Positions 12,644-24,757 of a stretch of 64,000 nt of DNA are shown in pieces (positions within the stretch are counted from its first letter, which is position 1; the number at the start of each line of letters is the position of its first letter). Under the pieces are notes generated by a model. It was given only the letters and a program-made list of their open reading frames with translations. It ran no database searches and had not been told where the DNA came from. The stretch lies in contig CM082580.2 of the NCBI GenBank assembly GCA_040954595.2, positions 12,414,909 to 12,478,908 of the forward strand, given 5' to 3'. The position numbers and the translations under genes were made by a program. The DNA is from Balanoglossus misakiensis (lineage: Eukaryota; Animalia; Hemichordata).

Positions 12644-13367
12644 AGTGTGTACACCAAGACCAGATCACAGTTGACGGACTACATGTACCAACACTTTCAA
12701 GTTTCAAGTACACTTTCAGTGTCTTCGATGTACTACTTCCGGTGCTAATACTGTACTGCCAGGCACAAGGCCACTGTTCACTATAATGTCTATTGTGTGA
12801 TGTCTTGACGTCATTGTCCACAAACCTTATGAATATTAATAAGTGGATATCCGTTGACGTTAACAGTCAACACGCCTCATGAATTTAAATCAGTGCATGT
12901 GATTTACCTTTAAAACCAGATTGAATACACGGGTATAAGCTGTGTCCAAAAGGAGATGGGCATTTGTAAAAAAAAAAGCTGGAAGCGTGGAGGTAGCTGG
13001 AAGTCGCCCAAAAAGGTGGATGTGTCCAGTCTCCCATGTGGACAGCATTTGTATTTTATAGTCTGAAAGATGAAAGCTAATGAAGACGCTACTACATGTA
13101 TATATAAAATTAGTACACCAGTATCAAAAGAGATGAGTGGCTAACAATATATTTAATACAAAATGCTATAGGCGCTCATGTTCCGAGAATTGAAACTTGA
13201 AGATATTAATTGATTTACTTTACAGATCCACTGAACGAACTCAAAAGTCTAGGGGCAAACAATATACAGCCCATGGAAGCTAGATATTTAGAAACAAAAG
13301 GTAATGCCAATCCTTTGTGAAGTGGACTGTAGTATACCACTCTACAAAATTGTCAAGATTCTAGTGT

Positions 13368-16300
13368 TCATTCTCTCTTGGTAACTGTCATCCATATCTC
13401 CTCACTAGGAATCGTAACCAATCCATATTTGCGATGAAAATCTTGACCTTCAACAAGGCTGAACTTGAACTTTTTGACCAGAGTTGCCAAGAAGACCGTT
13501 GCTTCGGCGTACGATAGGCGGTATCCCGGACAGATTCGTTTGCCCAATCCAAAAGGTGAAAATGTCAACGGGTGCCGCTTTGCAACTTCTTCTGGTAAAA
13601 ATCGATTTGGGTCAAATCTATACGAGGAAAAAAACATTTGCGAAAGTCTTTGAGCGTGTTTCGCATACTGTAGAAGGCGCAGTTGTGCCGCACTAAAATA
13701 TGTTGAAACTTACAAAAACCAGTATAAGTATAATTTGAGATCATAAACTTGAATAGTAGTGCTGAATTATTTCATTGGAACAAGCAGTAAGCTTATGGAG
13801 AGCCGGACTACTTTCTTTTAAATGGCACAAGCAGTAAGCTTATGGAGAGCCGGACTACTTTCTTTTAAATGACACAAACAGTAAGCTTATGGAGAGCCGG
13901 ACTACTTTCTTTTAAATGGCCCGAGCAGTAAGCTTATGGAGAGCCGGACTACTTTCTTTTAAATAGCCAAGCAGTAAGCTTATGGACAGCCGGACTACTT
14001 TCTTTTAAATGACACAAACAGTAAGCTTATGGAGAGCCGGACTACTTTCTTTTAAACCATATAGGAGTCGAGATACACGAGAAAGATTTTTTACCTCTCT
14101 GGGTTTGGCCATATCTTTTTATCCTGCTGAACAACCCCAAGAGCATGGATAACGGCAGTCTGTAAAAACGACGCAATCGGCAGTATAGAAGTAATTATAT
14201 CCAATATCTGTAACTAGTTTTCAGGATCATACTTCATGTCTCAAACAAAACTATCAGATATATAAATAGAGTGTCTTGTGTCAAAGGCTCTATATATAAC
14301 GTGACGTCAGCCTACCCCTTTAGGAATGGTGTATCCCTGCACATCCATGTCATGTTCATAGTTGACTCTTGCGGCAAATGGGGCTAGTACCACACATCTC
14401 ATGGTCTCGTCAAACACATTTCTCATATATCTAGGACCAACATGCATTAAGAAGTTGATATTAGAATCGTTGTACAAATTCGCATTAGGATCACATTTGA
14501 TACATGACTTTCATTGAATCAATCCCGTCCCTTAATAATCACGACTTCTTCTGCCTGTTGTGTCGAGGCAAAATTGGTAAATAATAAGACAATTCTAGGA
14601 CTTGTATTACAGGTGTATCCTGAACTCTACAAACGGTTTGCACTGTTACAATAAAGATTCAAATATACTTCAACTTGGCCTGGTTTTCATGAGTCACGTG
14701 TCCATCCCTACCCAGGATTTCCATCACCTCGCTGTACACCTTGTCTTGGACATCCTGATGTTTACACAAATAATACAGTGTCCATACCATCACTGAGAGT
14801 TCAAAAGAAAACAATGGTAATACATATAGCAGTGTTATGTCAATTGAATGTTAAATGCATGTTCACATGTCGCTTTTGAGTATCATCACATAGACCAATA
14901 CTGATAAAAAAAGCGTAATGAGGTAGCTAGTAGGCCTATGTAATGGTTAACATAAACGGTCTATTAAAAGGTACCAAGACTATCTGAAATATTTGCTGAC
15001 TCACGGTAACCTGTTGTGTGGAATGATGCTACGAAGAAAGTGACCGCATCTGCTAGCAGGTGCTCCTCTGTTTTACAGAAATCCATAAGTACATCAAGGA
15101 AAATCGGATCTTCTCCGTCCGGACGATTATCCCGTCGATGTTGCAGCACTACTCGCATGACGTCGTGCCAACCTTTCAAAGCTTTAAAAACATTTGAAGA
15201 TGGCTATTACTGTTAAAATTGAAGTATATAGTAATTCCAACTTCCAAGTGTGTCTAGATGAATAAAAATTAGGATTCTAATAATCCGAAGATCAAATCGC
15301 ATATATTCTATTAAATGCATGTTAACGTTAGATTACCATTGTTGAAACTTTCCTCGGATTCCACGTCATCTGTCAGTCGCTTATTTAGAGACTCCATCAC
15401 CTAAAATGTAAAGATATGACATTTATAGAAGCTGGTACAACTGATGTTAATATAAGGTTACCACCTCCCTGATCACGATTGGTGTAGATAGTATTCTTTG
15501 GTTATATAGTCTTGGAATGCTCATGCAATTTAAAAGCGGTGTCGTGTTAACGAATCGTAATACTGTAATAATGACAGAATGTGTCATATAGATGGCTGAT
15601 AACGTCACAAAAGCCTGAAAAGGCGGCGAAAACTTACTGTTTCATACTGATGAAGTAGAGTCACTGCTTGCTCGTCATCTTTGAACAGGTCCCCATACAA
15701 AGTTAAGCTGATGGCTTTAACGGTCAAAATTGCCATGTGTTCTGACATCGGAATATGTTCCTGGACTGGCACAAGCATGAACTTCTCAACCAATGAGTCG
15801 GCAGCCTGGAATTGTGACAACAGGATGGAGAACTATGAAGAATCGCGGTTTCTATTAATTTTATTTTTTTTCTCTCAGTTGAATACTTGTGTACATGGTG
15901 TGTATGAGTTAGTAATAGATTTCAAGGAAATGAAAAATCTATTCCCATGTTTTTGGTGGATATTTTTTTTGTGAGTCGATAAAAGAGTTGAGTCTATATG
16001 ATCCCAGTGTGCTAGAAGCTTACCTGTTGAAATCCGGTGAAGTAATTCTTAATGGCTTCAAAGCTAAAAGAAACGTCGTAAGCCTTGCGTGTTTGCTTCC
16101 ATGTTTTCCCATTTACATATTGGATGCATTCAGGTCTTAACAAAGGTTTCAAAAATTCGAATAGTTCGGCTGAAAGTATAGAAAATATCTTATCACATTA
16201 TATTCTTAAAAGACAATTAGCTTTAAAGGGATATCACTTTTTAAGTGGGCGGTTAATCTGTCCAATGCAACACGTCTTCCAACTCGGAAAGAGATGTATC

Positions 16301-17735
16301 CATAACAGGCGTGCTCCCTTCAATCCGCCTGTATCTTTTGACGGATTAAAAAAATCAATTTCTTCCAAGAAAGAGAATATTTTGTAAGAGTTCTCACGTG
16401 GTCTGTCAAAAATCTTGATGTGGTCTTTCCAGGCTTCTGGTGACGCAAGACTGACGTAGTAGTGTTTACCATACCAGAATGATGCGACATGACCATATTT
16501 AGAATGCAAGAGCATAAGAAATTCGTGAAGACTGCCAGCTGTGGCTATATCTGGTAGATTACCGTTTCTGTCAAATGTATAGAGATATAAGCTTCGTACG
16601 CGTGTTATGGCACCAATATGATACTCAGAACTTTGCGTTTCATGCTCCACTCTAAGAATGCAGAAAGATTACAGATGTATACTGGAACTGGCCAAACTTA
16701 CTCGGGATCAGATTTTGACATTCCCGGTATTTTCTTCGTTGTGGATGAACCGCTAGCCACGTTTTCCCTCTGGAATAAGATATTGCAGGATACGTTCAGG
16801 TAGTAGAACAGAAGTTAGGTACAAAAGAAAGACAAGCAAAGCAACACGCGTATACTGGATTTCCGAAAAGGGACGATGAATGTTGCATTGGCCTTTCCAG
16901 GATTGTTCATAGTTGAAATTTTAAAACCCTTCTCGTCACACTTTTGTTTACTTGAAATATTCAAAGTCGTCATCTATATTATTACGATTTACTTTTTAGA
17001 ATTATGAACATGTCTATGTCTGAACTTGTTTTTTTCCCTCTTCATTACTACACACCAATCATATCACAGTACTGCACCAAATGCGAGCTGAATAGATTGA
17101 CCTTATGCCCTATGACCTTGCAATGTGCAGCGTGGGGCAATAATGTCTGTTGCCACAAGATCTGAAAGGTGAATGCACCAACCTTTGGCATTTTGACAGT
17201 TTTTTTGCAAACGTCTGCTCCCTGTGCTGTCAACCGAAACATTTTATTGTGCTTACTCAGACGCGCATATTTTATCCGCTGTCCATGGACAAAACACTTG
17301 TGAAAGATGAGATCATCTTATATGCATGTTACGCAGCTGCAGGGTGACCACGACCCTGGGAAACGGCCCCAAACTCCGTATACAAATCACTCACATCAAC
17401 CATTAGCGGGTTTGAGGTCAGACAAGCCAGACAAGTATCAGGGAGTGTCCCAAATTCAAGCGTTCAAATATCTATGATCGCACTAATTTGCACATTCAGT
17501 TAACCGGGACTATGGAAATTCTCCCCAGAGTCTATGTTGATAGAATGGTGAAACTGGTGTTATAATATTCCAGTCCATTATGCATGAAGTTTTGAAACTT
17601 CATCTAATTCCGCCCGGAAGGGGGAGGGGGTGTTTTACACGATCTCACCTGCTCGGGCCACAGGGTTGCCTTCAAATAATATGATACGAAGATGACAAAT
17701 ACGGCCAATACGGCGACAAGAGCTGTTGCGACCAT
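13368..17735 (-). CDS. CYP20A1: Cytochrome P450, CYP20-like, multi-exon
   Basis: N-terminal anchor MVATALVAVLAVFVIFVSYYL (ATG 17735). GNLPDIATAGSLHEFLMLLHSKYGHVASFWYG resembles the CYP20A1 N-terminal region. I-helix VASFHTT, K-helix ETMR, PERFDPNRF, heme motif PFGLGKRICPG. The family assignment is from memory. Confidence 0.85.
13781..14055. repeat. Intronic minisatellite, about 47-bp unit, 6 copies
   Basis: Unit caagcagtaagcttatggagagccggactactttcttttaaatggca starts at about 13781, 13828, 13875, 13922, 13968 and 14015. Confidence 0.95.
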
Positions 17736-18060
17736 GTTTGAGTCCAGTTGCAAGACTTCTTCTGCAGTCAAGCCGTATTGGACAGGCGCACAACTAAGTG
17801 ACTTGTTATAATAATCTTTGTGCAGACGCACACGACACTATAAACGTTTATTAGCCCTTGCGTGGGGATGTATTGTTTTCCTTTCCACCAATGAAATCAC
17901 GATTTGAACAAACCCCATCCGGTTCATGGGTTATAAGTTGAATTATTCCACAAGACGTTTCTGTCGAAGTTGCTCTTCGGAGAAACTGGAGTTTTGTTTT
18001 TGGCACAGGTGTGCGCCCCCAGGCGGCGACATCGAAATATACACTGCTGTGAACATTACT

Positions 18061-18065
18061 TGTGT

Positions 18066-18096
<31 letters not shown>

Positions 18097-18106
18097 GGGG
18101 GGGGGG
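18061..18106. repeat. (TG)n followed by a poly-G tract
   Basis: Read directly. Confidence 0.9.
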
Positions 18107-18356
18107 TTGGCTAACCGCTTCGAGGCGCACTCTAATATACCCAAATTCATCATGAGAATGAATACAAATGTGCATTGAAAATTTCAAGTATCTTGATTCA
18201 AACTACTAAAATTTACTTATATATCTAGCAAGTATCACCCAGGGAAACGCAAGTTTTCAAAATATTTTTTTTTATTCAGATACGCAAGGGCACATGGCCA
18301 CTTGTTACCAATGAATGACAGAAAGGAAAATAAAACGAAAAAATAAGTCAAACATT

Positions 18357-19372
18357 TTATCGGTAACGACGCATTTGCACAGTGTTTCTGCGTTTCCATG
18401 CTGCACGACGAGATCCTCCAATGGTTTGGGTGTACAAATGACCCTTTCCAATACCACGATTCTTCTTGCCTGAAAAAAACAGAAGTGCATCAGTATTAGT
18501 TATCAGCAAAGATTTTATCAAAATGTTTTGACCTTTTCAAGACAAATGGGGTGATTCAGGTAGGTAAAATATATACATGATGTGTCGATATCCACTACAA
18601 GTACTAAGTAAGCAGCCACCTACCTGCTGAAGTAAGGCCACGCAGTTCACGATGCTTGTGAACTGGTCTACAAATCCATTGGGTGTCGGGATTACGACGA
18701 ATAGTTTTATGGTGTGGATCTATCATGATCACTTCAAAGAACTTGTAGGTGGCATCTTCGGCTACCCAATAGCTGTTGAGCACACGCAGACCACCACATC
18801 TACGTCCAGCTCTCTCCTGAAATCCAAGTAAACAAAGCAATCAGCAAATCGTGCAACATATTGCACTAAGTTTTCCCCAGAGCAATTAGAGTGTGCCACA
18901 CAAAATCAAGGTTTTGGTCAAAAGTACATCTGGAATGTGTGAATCTAAAATGCAGAATGCACATGTACCTCTGCAAGGGATTGCAGACTTCTTTGCCATT
19001 TCAGTTGGTTGACACCCTGGTTGGTAGGTTTACCATAAGTGGCACCTTTTGGTACGGGACGCTTGCGGCCTCCGCGTCTCACACGAATACGGTAGATGAC
19101 GTACCCTGTTGAAGTCAATATAGAAAGACACACATGTAGTGAATCTGACAAAGGAATAGGTAGACCATGAATGGCTTTACTGCTACAGGCTGAGACATAC
19201 CTTGTTTAGCTCTGTACCCCAAACGTCTGGCCTTGTCAGGGCGGGTCGGGCGTGGTGCACGATGAATTGAGGAGAGCTGACGATACTGCCAGCATCGCAC
19301 ACGAAGTAAAAACCTCATGGCATCCGACTGCTTCTTCTTCCATAGTTCTTGCATGTACTTGTATGCACCCAT
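18357..19372 (-). CDS. RPL15: 60S ribosomal protein L15 (eL15), 4 coding exons
   Basis: [33 protein letters not shown]...; [27 protein letters not shown]; [21 protein letters not shown]; last exon [11 protein letters not shown]...MRRYR-TAA. Probable non-coding first exon at about 19833-19804 with donor gtaagt. Confidence 0.98.
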
Positions 19373-19799
19373 CTTGGTTGGTTTATGGGTGGTACCTGGG
19401 GGAAATAATATGATAGATCAATTTCAGAACGAGCGCCCCCACACCGGCATAGTTATTTCATCACGGTCACTCCACTATTTTCGACGTTCAATGCCTCGAA
19501 ATAATCTTAAATCTCAATTTAACTCTTTCGTTGCTTAACACGCGTTCGGCACGATACCCCGACCTTAACGGCATCATAAACGATGAGTCCTCCCTTCGAA
19601 ATAAAATACATGTACACACTTCTGGTACAGTGTACGATGGAGAAAGTTTCGTCGTTTTATGGGAAAAATACACCGAAAACTGTCAAAATAAAAATATTAG
19701 GGTCGGTAGATATAAGGCGTCATTGTAGTTTCACGTAAAAGGTAGGGCAGTATATATTTTGACCGATGGAACTAGATTTTCCCCCATAGATTTCCACAC

Positions 19800-19930
19800 T
19801 TACTCCTTTCAATATGGCCACCGCTTCAAAAGGCCGATCTCGGGTCGAAAGAACCCGAACCCGAAGTTGATTGAACCGGAAGTAAATGTCTTCACAACAT
19901 GGTTGTACGCTACGTGGAAGCACAGCAGGT
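19800..19930. promoter_or_regulatory. Compact bidirectional promoter for RPL15 and MFSD5
   Basis: Minus-strand donor gtaagt at about 19803 and plus-strand donor CAG|gtgagg at 19929 are about 125 bp apart, with AACCGGAAGT (ETS) between them. Confidence 0.65.
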
Positions 19931-20546
19931 GAGGTTGCGCATATTTGTACTTAAATTAATTATTCGAGGTTGTTTTAAGGATTGATGGTTCATTTGTGAA
20001 GGCGTGTCAAACCACTGCCTCATGCAAGAAATATGCTACGTCGAAGAAAATGTATTATCCGAGAGAAATTACATTGATTGACATTGTAGAGAATAGTCTA
20101 CTCAGTGCCAGTGGGTGCAGTCGAACTTGAATGTTATGTAATTTGTGAAATATGCTTTCTATCTTAGTGTCACATTCTACAGGGCCCTCTCACCTCACGT
20201 TGTCGTTTGGTTATTGCGTGGTTTCATACACTGTGATACAACCTTTCAAGTTTCAGGTCTAATATGTAGAATAAAATTTACCGAGTTTCAAACAGTCTAA
20301 TACTGATGACGTAGGATATTTATTCTACAGCAGCATCTAGTAATATCATGATATTCACATTAGTTTCTGAGATTCACATGAATATTTTCTCTCATCTCTT
20401 CCAGATCACAATGGTGTGAGTGAAGGAAATATTGAAAGAGTGATGACCATCATGTGAAAACAGTACATGTATACTGTTAGAGGCAACTGCACACCGCCAC
20501 CGAACATTCCTGCCACATTGTTTTGTGCAAACTGACCAAAGCGACA

Positions 20547-21911
20547 ATGCAAGCATTGATTTATACATCGTTCAGTGTGCTGGCCATTGTGTGTGGCATC
20601 TTACACTTTTTCGCCAGCAGAACTAAGCAGGAGGAAATCGTTACAGCCAACCCCACTTTCACCAAGTTTCAGAGGAGCTATTTTCTTGTCTATTTTTTGG
20701 CGTTGGCTGCAGACTGGTTGCAGGGGCCATACCTGTATAAACTGTATAGTTACTATGGTTTCATCGAACCGCAGATCGCCGTACTGTATGTGTGCGGATT
20801 TGCATCCAGTGTCCTCTTTGGGACGGGCACAGGGGTACTTGCCGATATATTTGGCAGAAAGAAGCTGTGTATCACATTCTCAATCATGTACTCCATCTCT
20901 TGTCTGACGAAGCTATCGCGTAGCTACTCCATATTGATAATTGGAAGAGTTTTGAGTGGAGTGTCAACGTCTTTACTGTTTTCTGCGTTTGAAGCATGGT
21001 ACGTACACGAACATGTGGAGACTTACGACTTCCCAACCGAATGGCTACCAATCACTTTCTCCAAGGCTACATTTTGGAATGGAATCCTTGCCATTGTGGC
21101 AGGCATAGTAGCCAACTTGTTCACAGAAGCCTTCAATTTTGGACCTGTATCGCCCTTTGTGATGGCTATTCCGTTCCTGATTGCCTCCGGAGTTCTAGTG
21201 TCTATGCAGTGGAAAGAGAACTACGGAAGCAGGAAGACCAAGTTTTGCAAGAGCTGTTTGGAAGGTCTGCGTCACATTGTAAAGAACAGGCGTATAATGC
21301 TGATAGGGGCTATCCAGTCACTCTTTGAAAGTGTCATGTACATTTTTGTCTTCATTTGGACACCGTTGTTAGACCCTGCTGGCCCGCCACTTGGCATTGT
21401 CTTCTCCTGTTTTATGATTTGCATCATGATTGGATCCTCGGTATTCCAACTCCTATCAGCCCGAAGGGTGACCACCTACACTATTCTGAATGCCTCTCTC
21501 TTGCTAGGTCTGATCTCAATGATTGCCTGTGTAGCCTCGACTAACCCCAAACACTTGAGCCCTACAACGTCTTATATTGCCTTCCTTTTGTTGGAATTTG
21601 CATGCGGCCTGTACTTCCCGGCCATGGGTTTCCTACGCAGCCAGATCCTGCCAGAAGCACAGCGGGCTGGAATAATGAATTGGTTTCGGGTGCCGCTGAA
21701 TCTCATAGCATGCATAGGGTTAATGATGCTGCATGGAGATCCCTCGCAGACTGGCGAGAGGAATATTTTTGCAATCTGCACTGTGCTGATGGTTATAGCA
21801 CTTTTATGTGGTGTAAACTTTGCCAGTGTTGTGAAAGATGATGAAGAATTTAAACCAGCTAACAGTGCAGAAAACAACCAAAATGCAGTGAATAGCTTGG
21901 TGTCAATTTAG
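20547..21911 (+). CDS. MFSD5: MFS transporter MFSD5 (molybdate-anion transporter, MOT2 family), single coding exon
   Basis: FTKFQRSYFLVYFLALAADWLQGPYLYKLY, STSLLFSAFEAWYVHEH, FESVMYIFVFIWTP, RAGIMNWFRVPLN. First in-frame ATG at 20547; upstream acceptor at about 20404. Confidence 0.95.
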   Translation: MQALIYTSFSVLAIVCGILHFFASRTKQEEIVTANPTFTKFQRSYFLVYFLALAADWLQGPYLYKLYSYYGFIEPQIAVLYVCGFASSVLFGTGTGVLADIFGRKKLCITFSIMYSISCLTKLSRSYSILIIGRVLSGVSTSLLFSAFEAWYVHEHVETYDFPTEWLPITFSKATFWNGILAIVAGIVANLFTEAFNFGPVSPFVMAIPFLIASGVLVSMQWKENYGSRKTKFCKSCLEGLRHIVKNRRIMLIGAIQSLFESVMYIFVFIWTPLLDPAGPPLGIVFSCFMICIMIGSSVFQLLSARRVTTYTILNASLLLGLISMIACVASTNPKHLSPTTSYIAFLLLEFACGLYFPAMGFLRSQILPEAQRAGIMNWFRVPLNLIACIGLMMLHGDPSQTGERNIFAICTVLMVIALLCGVNFASVVKDDEEFKPANSAENNQNAVNSLVSI

Positions 21912-23165
21912 ATTGTCTGGTAACCCTTCCTATGTGTGAATGGCTAAAAGAAAATGCGAAGTACAATATTAATTAAGCTGAAGCGTATTTCTCTGTATGA
22001 TGAAGTCAATTATTTAATTGCATATAACTCATTTTGACAAGTTGGTGAATTAATGGAGTAGATATGAGTAAATATGTATTGTAATTTTCCTGATACAAGG
22101 TTTACATTAAAACAGCAGTCAGCCCTGTTCAGTCAAATCCTTTGGCCATGAATAGAAATTATTGTCCTACTTCTAGGCTAGAGGGAAAATTATTTTGAAC
22201 AGATTTTCTTGGCAAAACAATAATGCATGCAACAGATGTTGTAATATGAATAAGCTATTTATGGCGTGGTTGCACTATCTGTTCACAATACCAACAAGTG
22301 TAATCTTGCTAATAAACTGCTTCTCTCTCTTTTTTGTTTTAATTTCTGATCAGATAGCATGGTCCCATTTAATTATGTGTATTTCAATGTTTTAAACAAA
22401 TTGTACAATTTAAGATTTACTTTGCAATTCGTTTATGAAATGGTTATATTGTTAACAAAGTGGGTGAGGTTTCTTACAAGTTGACTGACATTTTGCAGTC
22501 ATATATATGTCTACAGAAGGCTGTCAAATAAAGGAAAGTGTACTGAGTCCTGAGTCCTTCTCCTCCTCCCTCCCCAAATGATATTAAATATTGCAAACAC
22601 CCTCTACTGAGAATAGACCTTTTCTGCAAGACTGTTCACAATACCCAGATATGCGTTATCGCCTCTAGAGGGCGCTACAAAAGGCACACTTCAAGAAACA
22701 CTATTTACACAAATGAAAATCACACATCATGACTTTATTTCGACAGATGAAAAGCAACCACATTAGCAAAAACATTCCATTTCAAACCCTCTGTAATATT
22801 TGTCTTGTATGAATACTTCCCCAAAATGATTCGACTGGACAGAAACTGTGTTTGGATCTTTACAACAGAGTATTTGTTTATATGATTGATGATTGAAACT
22901 GATGTCACTCATAGCATCAATTCTCTCCTCTGGAATTCTGCAGTGTTCAAACATTAGCGGCTTGATGGTGTTTCAAAATCACAGGTGAATTCACACTAGC
23001 CAGGCTGTCATATTCTTTGGGGTGGATCTTCAATTGGCCGGTGGATGTTGTTTCGCCAGACAGCTTGATGCTTCACACCGTCATCAGCAGGATACCACTT
23101 CATTCACTTCACTGCAGAAAATACTTTAAAAGCAAATGTTTCCTTGAGGGTAAAATGTCGTTTCT

Positions 23166-23611
23166 CTAGACAACCCAGGGTGGAGTTCTGTTCTTTCTCA
23201 TCAAAAACTGAATCTTTCTTCTCATTTCATCATTGTACATCTTCTTCACTGTTTCATATTCAATCCTTTGTCGTCGGCGGAATGGCTTTTCAAAGTATCG
23301 CTGCCTCTTCGCTTCTTCTATAATGCCTTCTCTGCCAAGAATGCTGTCGACAAAGCAGAGAAACTGAGTGAGACTGCATATTCGAAAGAATACATGTAAA
23401 TAATATTGTGTGCTGAATGAAATATACAGGAACAGGCGGAAAAGTGCACTTTTCTGGTCCACGTCCCTCAGCCCAAAAGAAGTTGATCGAGGCGCTTGTG
23501 TTAACTTTCAGCGCAACTGTACATCACTTACTTATTGAGAGACCTATAAGCAGCGTCGACATTTCCATTTCGAACCATAACGGTCCTGGCAATGAACGGC
23601 AAGTGTCTCAT
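23166..23611 (-). CDS. MRPS21: Mitochondrial ribosomal protein S21 (bS21m), 2 coding exons
   Basis: Exon 23611-23532 [26 protein letters not shown]; exon 23343-23166 [26 protein letters not shown]...[17 protein letters not shown]. Confidence 0.93.
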
Positions 23612-23891
23612 TTTTGTGCGTGTCCCTCTTGCCTTGTTTGTTCACTTCATCAACATCATGGCGTCCTAGTCAAAAGGTCATGACCTTACAAAATAACGTA
23701 AAATTACAAAAGACGTACATCAGACAGGCTGTACATCAGAGGCGATCAAGTGTCATGTCGTGGTATTATTTCTATGCATCTTATCCATAAAATGATGCGA
23801 TAGCCACAACCTTTAGGGGCGATTAAAGTAAAGGCGTCATATTAATCTACATTGCTGATATTCTGCGTTGGGCGCACTGCACGTATTGACT

Positions 23892-24481
23892 TAGCTCTGG
23901 ACTTATGCGCTGTTTGGGTCTACGCTGCTCTCCGTCCCCCACAGCTATGGAGCCATGCGTAGGAAATCCTGTTGGGTTGCGGAGCAAAATGATTCGCACC
24001 GATTTTCAAACAATAAACTACATGAACATGTACATAATGTTGTCAGAAATAAAGATCGAACGAAAATTTCACAAATGGAAACCTACTTGACGTGTTTGTC
24101 GCCGAATCGTAAACGTCGTTAACGCAGCGCCGTAAAACTGGTGACCCTCCCATACAAACATGGACGTTCGCCTTCATTTAAGTCATGTGATCGACACGTG
24201 TTTTACTCGGCGTGTTTGTATGGGAGGGTCACCAGTTTTACGGCGCTGCGTTAACGACGTTTACGATTCGGCGACAAACACGTCAAGTAGGTTTCCATTT
24301 GTGAAATTTTCGTTCGATCTTTATTTCTGACAACATTATGTACATGTTCATGTAGTTTATTGTTTGAAAATCGGTGCGAATCATTTTGCTCCGCAACCCA
24401 ACAGGATTTCCTACGCATGGCTCCATAGCTGTGGGGGACGGAGAGCAGCGTAGACCCAAACAGCGCATAAGTCCAGAGCTA
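23892..24481. mobile_element. 590-bp non-autonomous fold-back DNA transposon with about 269-bp TIRs and a 9-bp TSD
   Basis: 23892-24160 is the reverse complement of 24213-24481, with a 52-bp spacer. Termini TAG...CTA. Direct repeat GTATTGACT at 23883-23891 and 24482-24490. Confidence 0.93.
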
Positions 24482-24754
24482 GTATTGACTGGGCTTGCAA
24501 CTGTCGCAAAACGATTGTCACAATCATTAAAGACAAAATATAGCATTTGAGTGAGATTTTATTCTTCAAAATTATATTTCGTTATCCTTATGATATGAGT
24601 ATGAAATCTCTTTCATTCTGCATTGATTTCTCGTGTGTTAATACTGACTTTCGCGACTAGGAGTGGAGCCCTGTCAAGTTTATACCGTTTTACGGCTAAG
24701 GCTTAAGTGTTCAGAAGCGCGAAATAAACTACGCTTTACCTGACCTGCAGAAAA

Positions 24755-24757
24755 ATG
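24755..24757 (+). CDS. Candidate distal first exon (ATG only) of the DPYS/CRMP gene
   Basis: AAAATG|gtgagt in CpG-containing sequence divergent from MRPS21. Phase 0 matches the acceptor at 44908 and would give [10 protein letters not shown]. The linkage is inferred only. Confidence 0.45.

Noticed and set aside
13781-14055. Regular repeats resembling a CRISPR array
   Set aside because: Head-to-tail units without unique spacers, in a eukaryotic intron, with no cas genes.
19424-19464. GTGATGA...CTGA on the minus strand in RPL15 intron 1, as a C/D snoRNA
   Set aside because: Only 41 nt from box C to box D, with no clear terminal stem and no rRNA complement that I could recognise.
23905-24546. 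Identical ORFs on both strands (MRCLGLRCSPSP...)
   Set aside because: A by-product of the inverted repeat; not transposase-like.
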